Positions 15,309-25,738 of a stretch of 64,000 nucleotides of DNA are shown one piece after another (the first letter of the stretch is position 1; each line of letters begins with the position of its first letter). The notes under the pieces were generated by a model. The model did no database searches, was not told the origin of the DNA, and worked only from the letters and a program-made list of their open reading frames with translations. Made by a program: the position numbers and the translations under genes. The stretch spans positions 652,653 to 716,652 of the forward strand of contig JBLDXI010000014.1 of NCBI GenBank assembly GCA_047495785.1, read 5' to 3'. The DNA is from Lepidodermella squamata. Its lineage: Eukaryota > Animalia > Gastrotricha.

Positions 15309-16406
15309 ATGGAAGGATCAAAGCCATCTAATGAGAAGCCTTTCTCATTCAACTTTCTGGCCAAGAGATCTTTCCAGTGCGAGAATCAACCGGATATCAA
15401 AACTCTATTCATGAAATGGTAGTATATTTATTTGATCAAGTATTTATATGTATTGCTTAATTGTCGCCTAGGTCATTCAAAGGTCGCTGGCATTTCCAAG
15501 CGTTCAACTTTGACCAACCGTATCAAGTCTATAACAAAGACACATTTTTCCACGTATTTTCGCTTCTACTAACGCATTGGTCAGCATTTATTGTTTCTGA
15601 TTTGCACAGGATTTCCTTCATAACCGGGAAGTCGCAGCGTATCTAAAGTTGCTGACTAAAGATGGCTCATTCACTCCGTTGCAAGGTATTTGGGTACATT
15701 TCGATAGTAAACATGCGCTACTTTGGCTCTTGAAGTTGACCAGATTTCAAAAGTTGAAGCCGACCAACTCAACGCAACAGTGTTATCATTGGAATTTTTC
15801 GACCGATTATACAACAACTCTGTTGTCCGAAAATCTGGTCACATTTGTCAATGTCTAAGTGAACCTTTCGAAGGGATAGAAGTTGCCGACGAGCTGCGGA
15901 AAATGCTTCTCATTGACGACTCAGACTATTACAGCTTGTTTGACGAAAATGATCGCAAGGAACTGCTATTTCGTATTTTTATGCATCTTTGCATTGGCGG
16001 TGAGTTGTGCCAGCCCGAAGAAGAAGTTCAACCTTATTTGGACACAGCAAAATCAATTTATAAAGAATGCGTGAGGTAAACTGCGACCAAATAATTCCAA
16101 ACATGTAGTAACATATGTCCGTCCATACTATTTAGCGTGGCACGAGATCCTTCAAGCAACCAGATAAAAGTTATTTCGGACGTTTTCCAGCTCAAAGCAT
16201 ATGTAGGTTGCATTTTCTCCAATTTAACTCTGTTACGTTGGTGTGTATCCTATTACCTACTTCAGGATGGGAATGGCAACATGATTTATCCATGCGAAGA
16301 TGACCACGTTCAGAACTTTGCTTATGCCTGTGTTGACCCGATCAAGCGTCATGTTATTGTAATGTACCATCGCTTTGGCATTGGGGAGCTTCCGAAGCCG
16401 GCATAA
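15309..16406 (+). CDS. CFAP300: Cilia- and flagella-associated protein 300 (C11orf70) homologue, multi-exon
   Basis: LFMKW, QAFNFDQ, LSLEFFDRLY, DELRKMLL..DSDYY.LF...DR.ELLFRIF.HLCIGGELCQ.E....PYLD.AK.IYK and QNFAY..VDP.KR. Confidence 0.85.
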
Positions 16407-16758
16407 ACTGACAAACTATCTGTGATATTCAGCCAAGCTGCAAACCAACAAGTTGTGATATTATCATCATTTATTCCGTTCTTCTTCCTCTCACTTGCAA
16501 TTGATACTCGAAGTATTACCACGAACAATCGTCAAAATAAAAAACGTGCTTAAATTATGGTGTATAATTATCATGATAAGTAACAAATATTTGGGCATAC
16601 ATGAATAGGAGCATAAAACGGTAAATTTGCTTTAACAACGAATTTCGTTATTTACATCATTATTATGTTACAGCTGGAGAATCTTGACATTCAAAAAAAA
16701 TTGTCATTCCGTCAGCACAAGTGATGTATTAATTTTGATACGACGATTGCTTTTTTCA

Positions 16759-18719
16759 TCATACGTCAGTCTGTACACAAGCAGTGCCCATCAATAGCCG
16801 TCCGCCGCCAGGGATCCTCACAATGTCCTCGGCCCGTATTGTAGATCGCGATCGGCGCTTGTTATTGCTATTGCTGGCGAAGTTACTGATGAATGATCCG
16901 TTCTTGCCGACTGGCTCTTTCTCGCCGCGGTTAAGCCGAGTTGCCGCGATATTTCCACCGAAGGCGGTGGCAAGCGAGGCGGATAGGGTATCCGGAGTGA
17001 AAGCGACGTTTATCGGTCCAACCGTTTGAAGAGGTGCCGATATTCTGCGGGAAGCTTCCGCGGAGGCTTGCTGCCGCGCCGCGCCGAAAATCGACGGAAA
17101 AGGCGATGAGTGATAGTCGATAGAGACTGAGGCCGTTCTCCGCTTCGGACCGAACCCGCGGTCTTGGTGCGTTTGTTCCTTGAAAAGTTTCAACGCGTAA
17201 TGCCACGCGAGTTGACGCGATTCGATGGAAACAGACTCCCCGTATGAGTTGACATTGGTAACAGATAGCAATTTTCGTTCTTTTAAAAGAGCCATCATCC
17301 ATTCGGCCTTATCCTCCTTCGATCTCGCCCTGAATGTTATGGATCGCACGATTTCCGGCACGTGGTCGGCAAAGACGTCGATTCGCCAGGCGTTACGCAA
17401 AACAGCTGTACCCGTACCATTTGAGGAAGCGCTCCCGTTCTGGCCGTTCACGGGCCCATCGATAAGCGGCACGATTCGACTGTTATCGAGATCTATCCGG
17501 CCTTTGAATACCAGCATACGAAGTGCAGTCTGTTAATAAAACATTAGGACACAATTATCACTAATTATTTGTTTACTATTACTCGTTTGCAATATATTAG
17601 CTGGTGATCGAAAACGAAGCAATCTCGTTCAGCTGCTCGGCCATTTGGCTTAACTTCATGTAGCGCGCCGGAGAAAATGAACCTTGTACTCCTCTCCAAC
17701 AAATTCGGACCCTGTAATTAACACAGACGAGTTGCAGCTAGTGAAAAACAAGAAAATTGAGCTAATCACCTCCCATCGGTCGACAGCCAGCTGCCAGAGA
17801 GCGAGCCGCTCGAGAGATTCTTGTTGACGACGGCGTTCGTTGATAATAGTAGCTACTCGTTGCATCAAAGTAGCAGCCGCTGCCGTCTAATAAAATTAGC
17901 ATAATAAATTGGGTCAAGAGCAGCGATATGGGCGAGCAAACAAACCTCGGCTCGATGCGGGTGGTCTTCGGGCGTGGCTTTCAGCAGTTCGCCGAGAAGC
18001 AGCTGATATTGGCATATTCGCTGGACCGGAGCGATGAGGAAACTTTGGAAGGGGACGGGCATAAGATTCTTTTGAACACGACAATCCTACAAAAATAAAC
18101 CGAATTCAATTTCGATTTGCAACATTTTTAAGGAGCTCACTTCGAAAAATTCACGATGAATATCGCTGGTGTTAGTAAGGCTGATGAACTCCAGCTCAGA
18201 CAGCGGTTCACTGATGCAGTAACCAGAGTAAATATCGAGGCCAAGGCTTGAATTTGTATTTGAAAGATAAAACAGCTCGCCAGTCGTTGAAATGTTGCCG
18301 CCGAACATTTGAAGAAAAACATGCGGAACTGGCGCCGTGTAACAATCGCCACTTGGCGGCAAACGCGTTGTGGCTTCGAGTTTCGCGAGGAAAGCTGCGC
18401 TGAACTCGGTGACGCGCTCCAGTTGTTCGAAAACGCGCGACGTCCACGATTTATCGAAGAGGTCTGGACGACGCTCGCAGGGCCTTACGTACGTCGATAG
18501 AGCCGTGTTAAGGTTGGAGGCGAAATTTCGTTCCGATCGAATAATCTCTTTGATGACGTTGACGCGTGTCGACCTGACTTTGGGTGACACTTCAGCGTCA
18601 TCAGCGGGCGAATGGCTTGACAACATTTGACGGCTACTCGAGCCGCTGGACGAGGTCGAACCACCGTCGGATGCGGCGAGGTGGTTGCTGTTATCGTCGG
18701 ACAGATTCGAGGTGCTCAT
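16759..18719 (-). CDS. Dbl-family Rho GEF (DH-PH), ARHGEF4/9/SPATA13-like, multi-exon
   Basis: DH motifs R.NVIKEII.SERNF and FLIAPVQRICQYQLLLGELLKATP.DHP, then INERRR..ESLERLA.WQ..V..WEG, followed by a PH domain. Confidence 0.8.
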
Positions 18720-19859
18720 GCGTGGGCGTGAGTGGCGATACGGTGTCTGTTGTTGCTGGTAATTATCGGCCGGGTTGCAACTGGCCTTATTGGCAATAAC
18801 CGTAAAATTCGGACGATGGCTGATGTTACGATGATTGTTCAGTTGTTTCTAGACGTAAAGAAAACAGCAACAACAATAAATAAAAAATAACAAAAATCTG
18901 CCCCTATAGGCATAAATCGCTAGCTAATAACCGATAGATCAGATATCGCCTGTCCGAATGTGAAACGTAATACAGCAGCCCACAACCGGCTATAAAACCG
19001 ACCGGGCAGTTGGTGATTACTAAATATGCGAATCGCTACGTTGCATAATGTTATATCGAAAAACTGGATGATTTTATTATAGTTGGTAGTCGCTTATATC
19101 TGCTGTCGACAAAACTACTACAAACAAGCGCGCTTCTGCATATCATCTCGCTCTTGGGCATTTAGTAGCCGCTTGCGCACACGATCAGCATTTTTACGAT
19201 ATTATGTTATCATACGGTGGTGCCTTAGCGGTGTGGCCTATCACTTATTGGGATATAGGAAACGCATACATATTAACATATTTTTCAAGCGGGCCCTATG
19301 TTTAAATCGCGCTGCGATCAATCGACATGACCGGCGAGCGTGCCGTTTTAGCCGTTTTTGTCTTTTCCCGACAAAAACCAGAATACACAAATAAGAAATG
19401 AAAAACGTTGATAGCGTCAAACAATGAAAGATAAAAATTAACATTACATCGCCACAACATAATACCATGTTGGATAATGCGACAAACACGCACACGAAAT
19501 GCATATATATATATCGGCTTGATTTTTGACGCTGGTATACAATTTCATAATTGCATTATTAGCGCGAGAAAAACCGAACTCCCAACAACAAGCGCGAATT
19601 ATTTGCGTATTATTATTTTATATATACGCAACGAGAATTTTCCGAATACAAGGCGAAGACAATGAGTTGATGCGCGTAGCGAATGAAAATAATAACAACG
19701 TGTTTGAACATCAGTTGTTGGTGTTACTCTATACTTATTGGATTTTTTTTGCGTCCATGTGGCGGGGGTTAATGTAATATTTTTGAGCGCCGAACGAACC
19801 GAGGCGCATTTATATTTGCTGTTACTGAAATAATATTAGTAGTAAGGATGGGAACTTTG

Positions 19860-20024
19860 GATCAGTAATAGCAGTACGGCGATTTTTACTATAGCCGTTT
19901 GGTATAAATATACGCAATTTGCGATCAGTAATGGCAGTACGGCGATTTTTACTATACCCGTTTGGTATAAATATACGCAATTTGGGGATGAGTAATAGCA
20001 GTACGGCGATTTGTACTATAGCCG
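19860..20024 (+). repeat. Subterminal tandem repeat, ~63-64-bp unit x ~2.6 (mirror copy ~31931-32095)
   Basis: Units GATCAGTAATAGCAGTACGGCGATTTTTACTATAGCCG... start at 19860, 19923 and 19987. Confidence 0.9.
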
Positions 20025-20290
20025 CTTCTTGTCAATATACCTTCGTTTTAACCCACTGCTATGATTTCACCTAACTAAAATAAACAAATCTTCGTTTTTT
20101 CACCTGTTATGAGCTAAACTAATCATTTTTACACTGCTTCTTTAGTGCAGCTGCAATAGAGCCCTTTTTCATTCACACAAACACTTTTTATTAGTCTTAA
20201 CGTTTCAAGCAATGAATTTATAGCTGGGATAAGTCTTATCAGTTTTTCTATTCATTTGTTCAGAGATTTGTAGCGGCTTGATTGGAGGGG

Positions 20291-20794
20291 TTAACGTCCA
20301 GATGAACCGAATCCGTTATCGCCACGGGTCGAATTTGCTGCTAGAGCGTTTTTCAATGGCCCCGTTACCGTTACTGCAGATTCTAAGCGACCATATTTTA
20401 AACACACCAACTGGGTAATACGGTCGCCTATTTTAATCTTGTAAGGTGTTTTGCTGTTGTTTGCAAGGCAGACTACGATTTTTCCGGTGTAGTCGGCGTC
20501 TTTAATTCATGAAAAATACAGATATTCATTAGTAATTTTCATTATTATTTGCTTCTTACCTATTACTCCAGCGACCGTATCGATTCCATGGTTGATGCTC
20601 ATTCCTGATCGACTGAATAGTTGTCCATAATATCCTCGTGGTAAACAGATTTTAATATCAGTTTGAATCAGTCCCCTGGTTCCAGGTTGCAGTGTCGTCT
20701 CTTCTGCTGAATAGATGTCCCAACCCACAGAGCCTTTAGTATGCTTTGTCGGTTCTTTAGCTTTGTTACTTGTTAGCTCTACCTTCAGCTTCAT
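20291..20794 (-). CDS. dut: dUTPase (element-borne, left-arm copy), 1 intron
   Basis: Mirror of 31161-31664, with motifs GWDIYS, SRSG, AGVID.DY.G, GDRITQL and RG..GFGSSG. Confidence 0.9.
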
Positions 20795-21228
20795 ATTTTA
20801 TAATTTATATTGTTACTGAGGTTCGATTTTTATGTGAGCGGCTACCTCCTTTCAGGCATATTGTTTTTGTAATTCAATCTTCCTTAAAAATGCATTAGGG
20901 CCTTTAGCTCTGTTGACCCCTCAGTGCTGGCTTTAATGCTTTTCATCAAAGATTCTTGGTATTGTATACATCCTCCTTAATTGCTGTCGGTAATTCAATA
21001 AGAAAACATCATGTCAATAAATCTTATACATCCTCCCTAATTAAACAATGCGATTTTTTACTTATCAAAATAAAAAGCAATTAGGATTTTTTACCCTTTA
21101 CGGTGTAATTACCTTAAACAATTCAAACAAAACATCTCCCTGTTTTTTCCTTTTATGGAAATATCACTCAGACTATTTAAGAGAGATGCTTCAAGAATAC
21201 ACTTAGCATATTTCTTGAAGCAAGCTGG

Positions 21229-21993
21229 ATGCATCCTAAAGTCTACCATTTCGGCATAGTCGGCAACATTGGGGCGTAAGTCTCATATACTCCACCGAAT
21301 AGAATTCTATTTAAAGTCTCTTGTTTTAGCGGGAAATCAACCTTAATCGAGGGTCTCACTAATCTACCTTCACTCAACCGTAAACTTCAGGGATATACCG
21401 CGTGGCCAATTTGCGAGCCTGTTCATCGTTGGGAGTCCTTTACTGATGACGATAAAACTAACATTTTGAAAGATTACTATCAGATGAAAAATGCGTTCAA
21501 CTTTCAAATTGTAGCCACGAGTGATATGTGCGGCCTTTATTCAGCCCCTAACCACAAACCTGAAATCTACGGGGCGCATACTATCGTTCTGCATGATCGA
21601 ACGCCCTTCTGTTCTAAAAACGTCTTTATCCCATGTGCGTATGCATCCAAGCGCATAAATTCTATCGAATATCACGCTCTCATGAATTTGTATGATAATT
21701 TCGAGCCGAATTTTGTAAAAACTGAAGCTATTATTTACTTGCGCTCCTCTCCCCAAATAGCTTGTCAAAGAGCCGTAGCTAGAGCTCGGGGTTCTGAAAT
21801 GCTATTATCACTGGATTATTTACGCCTCGTACATGAGTTTCATGAAAAAATGTGTACTGTTGAGACTACAAACAAATCCCTACCATGTCCCGTGCTTGTT
21901 ATCGACACTGATAATTTGAATGCCTCTGAGGTTCTAAAGCAAGCTTCTCAGTATGTTGCCTCTCTTATCACGCCTGTAATCTCTCAGACTTGA
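21229..21993 (+). CDS. Deoxynucleoside kinase (dNK/TK2-like; left-arm copy), 1 intron
   Basis: Removing intron 21276-21329 gives the P-loop GNIGAGKST. Also EPV..W, N.L..YY, AFNFQ, HDRT, IIYLR..P..C..R...RAR..E and YL..VH..HE. Confidence 0.9.
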
Positions 21994-22003
21994 ATCCTCA
22001 TTG

Positions 22004-22366
22004 ATGGATCCAACAAGACTTGTGCTCTCGAACAGCCAGATTTTAGACGCTGAATCTTTGCAATGTCCAATTTGTTTATCTATCCTACTTAATCCTATTC
22101 AAACGCGCCCCTGTGGCCATTTATTTTGTACTAAATGTGTTCTCGCTATTTTTCAAAATTCAGCTCGAACAGTATGTTGCTGTCCACTTTGCCGCGAATC
22201 ATTAACAGGGAAAGATTTCGTTAAACCCCCTGTAATTTTATCGAACATTATCTCGAATTTGATTTACAAATGCCAATATTCTGATAAAGGCTGTCCCATT
22301 ACTCTAACTTATGACCTCATTTTTGGGCATGAAAAGTTATGCCAATATAAAGAACCCATCCCTTAA
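22004..22366 (+). CDS. C3HC4 RING finger plus TRAF-like zinc finger protein (left-arm copy)
   Basis: CPICLS...PCGHLFC..C...CPLCR, followed by C.Y...GC......L..HE..C.Y. Confidence 0.85.
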   Translation: MDPTRLVLSNSQILDAESLQCPICLSILLNPIQTRPCGHLFCTKCVLAIFQNSARTVCCCPLCRESLTGKDFVKPPVILSNIISNLIYKCQYSDKGCPITLTYDLIFGHEKLCQYKEPIP

Positions 22367-22408
22367 AGTTTTACATTCTTATTTCATTAGATTTAATTTT
22401 CAATAATC

Positions 22409-22928
22409 ATGGCTGAGGCGATAGTAGAATCTGCTAACCAGACAGTCAATCATCACATGTCTAGTAACTTGGTCATTCAACAGCATCCTCAGGATTCTAA
22501 TCTCATCTACATAATGACTGATCGCAAAGATAAGAACGATAAGCCTAAAAAACTCGCCTTTAGACAAGACGAATTTCTTAGCCAGTTCGTTCCTTATTTT
22601 CGACCGCCGAATGATGCTTGGGTTGCTCAGGACACATCTCGTGAGAGTTCACAACACAGGCTTTAAATTTTCGATGCATGAATGCAAAATTGAAGTCTGT
22701 GTCTTTGTGCCATCATTTTCACCGATTCTTATAGATATACGCAGGTTTTATCTGGATGCTAAAGGTATTTACTTCAAATTTACAGTAATAGCAATCTTTT
22801 TATGATTTAACTTTTTAGGAAATAAACAACCCTCAAGACAAGGAGTCTCTCTTGATGCAGCTCAGTTTCAAGACCTTGCAACTGGGGTGTTAACTGTTGC
22901 AGCGATGATTGAAACAGCCAATGAATAA
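22409..22928 (+). pseudogene. PC4/Sub1-like ssDNA-binding protein, left-arm copy frameshifted
   Basis: Mirror of 29025-29546, but a 17-nt block (22632-22648) replaces 19 nt and causes a stop at 22666. Confidence 0.75.
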
Positions 22929-23045
22929 GCTAACACAAAACTTGACTAAAATGACTTACTGAATATTTATTTCAATCTATCCTTGTAATAAAGTTTTACC
23001 TCTTCCCAAATTCGATCAATTTTAAATTTTTAATCTTAGATTGTT

Positions 23046-25738
23046 ATGGATAACTATAGTTTACAATACTCATTTATTCGAAGTAATCGCCTGATTCATT
23101 CTACAAAATTCAAAATGTTTTCTGTGGAGTACTTCATTCAGCCCGTAACATCCGACTTTGCCTCAACCTACATCAACAGATATGGCCAATCTTCTAGTTC
23201 GCTTGGGCCGATGATTCAATTGTCTGGTGGCGCTGATGAACCTCGACTGGATAATATTCGATCATTTGTGCAGAACGTACCAGCCGACCAGGTGGCTAAT
23301 ATTGATTTGGAGACCCGCTTCAATATTCTGGCCAACTTCCTGTTCGATATTGTTGTAAATATCCATCGTGATTTACCTGTGAATTCCTTCTGCCGGCTAA
23401 CACTGTACCACCCCGACTTGAAGATGCCTCTTAGCCTACCCTTCATGAAACGCGATCGGTTGCTGGAAATTTCAATTTTGATCAACTGAGAAAAATATTA
23501 CAGAGTAATGAAGAACTCTCATTTGCTGGTCGGTGGACAATTCGTCTCTGTGTCATTGATAACCCCAATGCAGATCTAGGTCAAATTGTTGGTGGTTCTC
23601 GGGCAGAGCGGGCTATAAACGAAACTTTGGACAAATTTTTTCTTCGCTCCAAATCGATCGTTAGAATCGGAGCGCGCAAGAATGAAACGAACAATCTTTG
23701 CATGGGCAGAGCTCTCATCACTGGAGTGGCTTTGGCTCACATGAAGGCGAATCCTACGGATCCATCTCTTCAAGCAACCTTCAAATCGATACGTAGTACG
23801 CGAACCAATCGTCAATTTCGCGAAGCCACGGCGCTATATCAGAAAGCGGGCTTACCTCTCAACCTTCCAGCCTACAATCTAGATGATCATTACTCAGCCC
23901 TGTGTTCGGCTATCGATCCTGAACATAATACTTACAGATTCGTAGTATACTCGTACGAATCACAGGATGTTATTAGGGAAATCCCAGAATTTGATCATCG
24001 CGTAAGCCTTGGGTTGCTTCCTGTTGTTCTACTGGTTTATCGCAACGACGTCTCTCAGCCCAACAGTCATCATTTTCATGTCATTGCGAATCTCAACTTT
24101 ATGAAGGCCACTCTTAGCAATGCACAACGAATATGCCCCACTTGCTTTCAGACGAAAACGAGTACGGCTGTGCACAGATGCAAGTTGGCATGCTCTTCCT
24201 GCCGTAATTTTTACATGAAAAACCTGAATTTCACTTCTTTTATCATTAATATTATTTTAGGTGTATCAGGGAGCATTTGCCGTGTGATTTCCAACACAGA
24301 CCAACAAAACTACACGCGGTGTCCGCAATGTCGTGCAGGTCTGATGTTTTTAACCTTTTCATTATTATTCAGCTCTTTTTATGTTTTTAGTTTTGTATAG
24401 CGAACGTTGTAAGCAAAACCACAAATGTGCTAAAAAGAATCCATGCTTTAAATGCGGGAGGAAATTTGTACATTTTCTCAAGCATGAGGCTATGTGTCCC
24501 GGGCGGCGCTGTCACATTTGTCAGGAGCCTTTGAAAGCCAGCGACGAAGAAAATGGCACACACTTCTGCTTCATGACTCCCTTGGTATACTCATTTTTTT
24601 CAGTCCAGCTTTTTTCAAAATACTGTGGTTGGTGTATTTTTAGCCCTTGAAACCGGCGAATAAACTGGAACGTTATCGTAACCTAGTTTTTTGGGACACT
24701 GAGACATTTTCGCCATCACTTGCTGATAACAACAATGAGTTCCAAGTATGCCTTATCGTTGCAAAGGTCGTATGCATACCTCACTGCATCGAAGCGAGGA
24801 TTCAGCGATGCCATTCTAGTTGTGGACTTCATATTTTTTATGGAAGTCGTCCTCTGGAGGATTTCGTAAACTGGGTGCTTCTACCTATGAATTACCAGTC
24901 GATTTATTTGGCTCACAACTCAGCCAATTTCGATTCCTTATTATTACTGAAAGAAATTCAAACACGATGTTCTAAAGTGAAGATTCTTCAAAGGCAGGGA
25001 TCTCTACTATGCATTGATTTCAAACAACAAAAAATCAGATTTTTGGATTCATATCTCTTTTTTCAATGCAGATTAAGGTAGGTTACCTAAGAAACACTAA
25101 GAAACTACATTGCTTACAGGTATTTGTTCAACAACAGGGATTTACCAGCAACAATGGGAATCCCAGACAAGAAAACCTTCTTTCCTTACGTCTTATGCAC
25201 TAAAGAAAAGTAAGTACATCATCAACTTCTTGAGCTATTGTGATTGAATTCGCTGTAATCCTTCGAGTTTCAATCTCGAATTCCCACAGCTGCCTAATAT
25301 GATCTACTATGAGCCTGACAAAATGTCTCCTTCTGAAAGAGCAGAATTTCTAACTTTCTACAACGAAAACAAACTGAAACGGTTCAGTGTTCGCCACACG
25401 TTACTGCAATACTGCATACAGGATTGTCTAGTTTTGGAAAAGGCGTCAATCAAATTTCGGGCGCTAATGCTGGAGTTGTGTTCTACTGATGCCTTTAAAG
25501 AATGCATCACACTAGCTTCTCTCACAAGCACATGCTTCCGCAAGCTGTTTCTTACGAAGGATACATTACCTGTCATCCCGACCGCTGGCTACTGTGGCAA
25601 GGATTCACACAGCAGGCTCTCGATAGCTTTTCTTCAATTTCTGATGGAGTCTGACCCTGAAACTTATGGTTCAATGAAACACGCTCAGAACTCACGTCAA
25701 GAAGTTCGAATATCTATACCTGGCCACCGTTATCCTTA
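23046..25738 (+). pseudogene. Protein-primed family B DNA polymerase, left-arm copy; frameshifted and truncated
   Basis: T4 instead of T5 at 23476-23479. Introns at 24204-24260, 24339-24390, 24585-24643, 25078-25137 and 25210-25267. The copy ends at the fold-back point. Confidence 0.85.

Noticed and set aside
19083-19837. Overlapping short ORFs, or the missing 3' end of the NCLX-like gene
   Set aside because: No coding signal, and no exchanger C-terminal motifs on the minus strand.
19860-20024. CRISPR-like array
   Set aside because: The units are full tandem copies with no unique spacers, there are no cas genes, and the context is a eukaryotic TIR.
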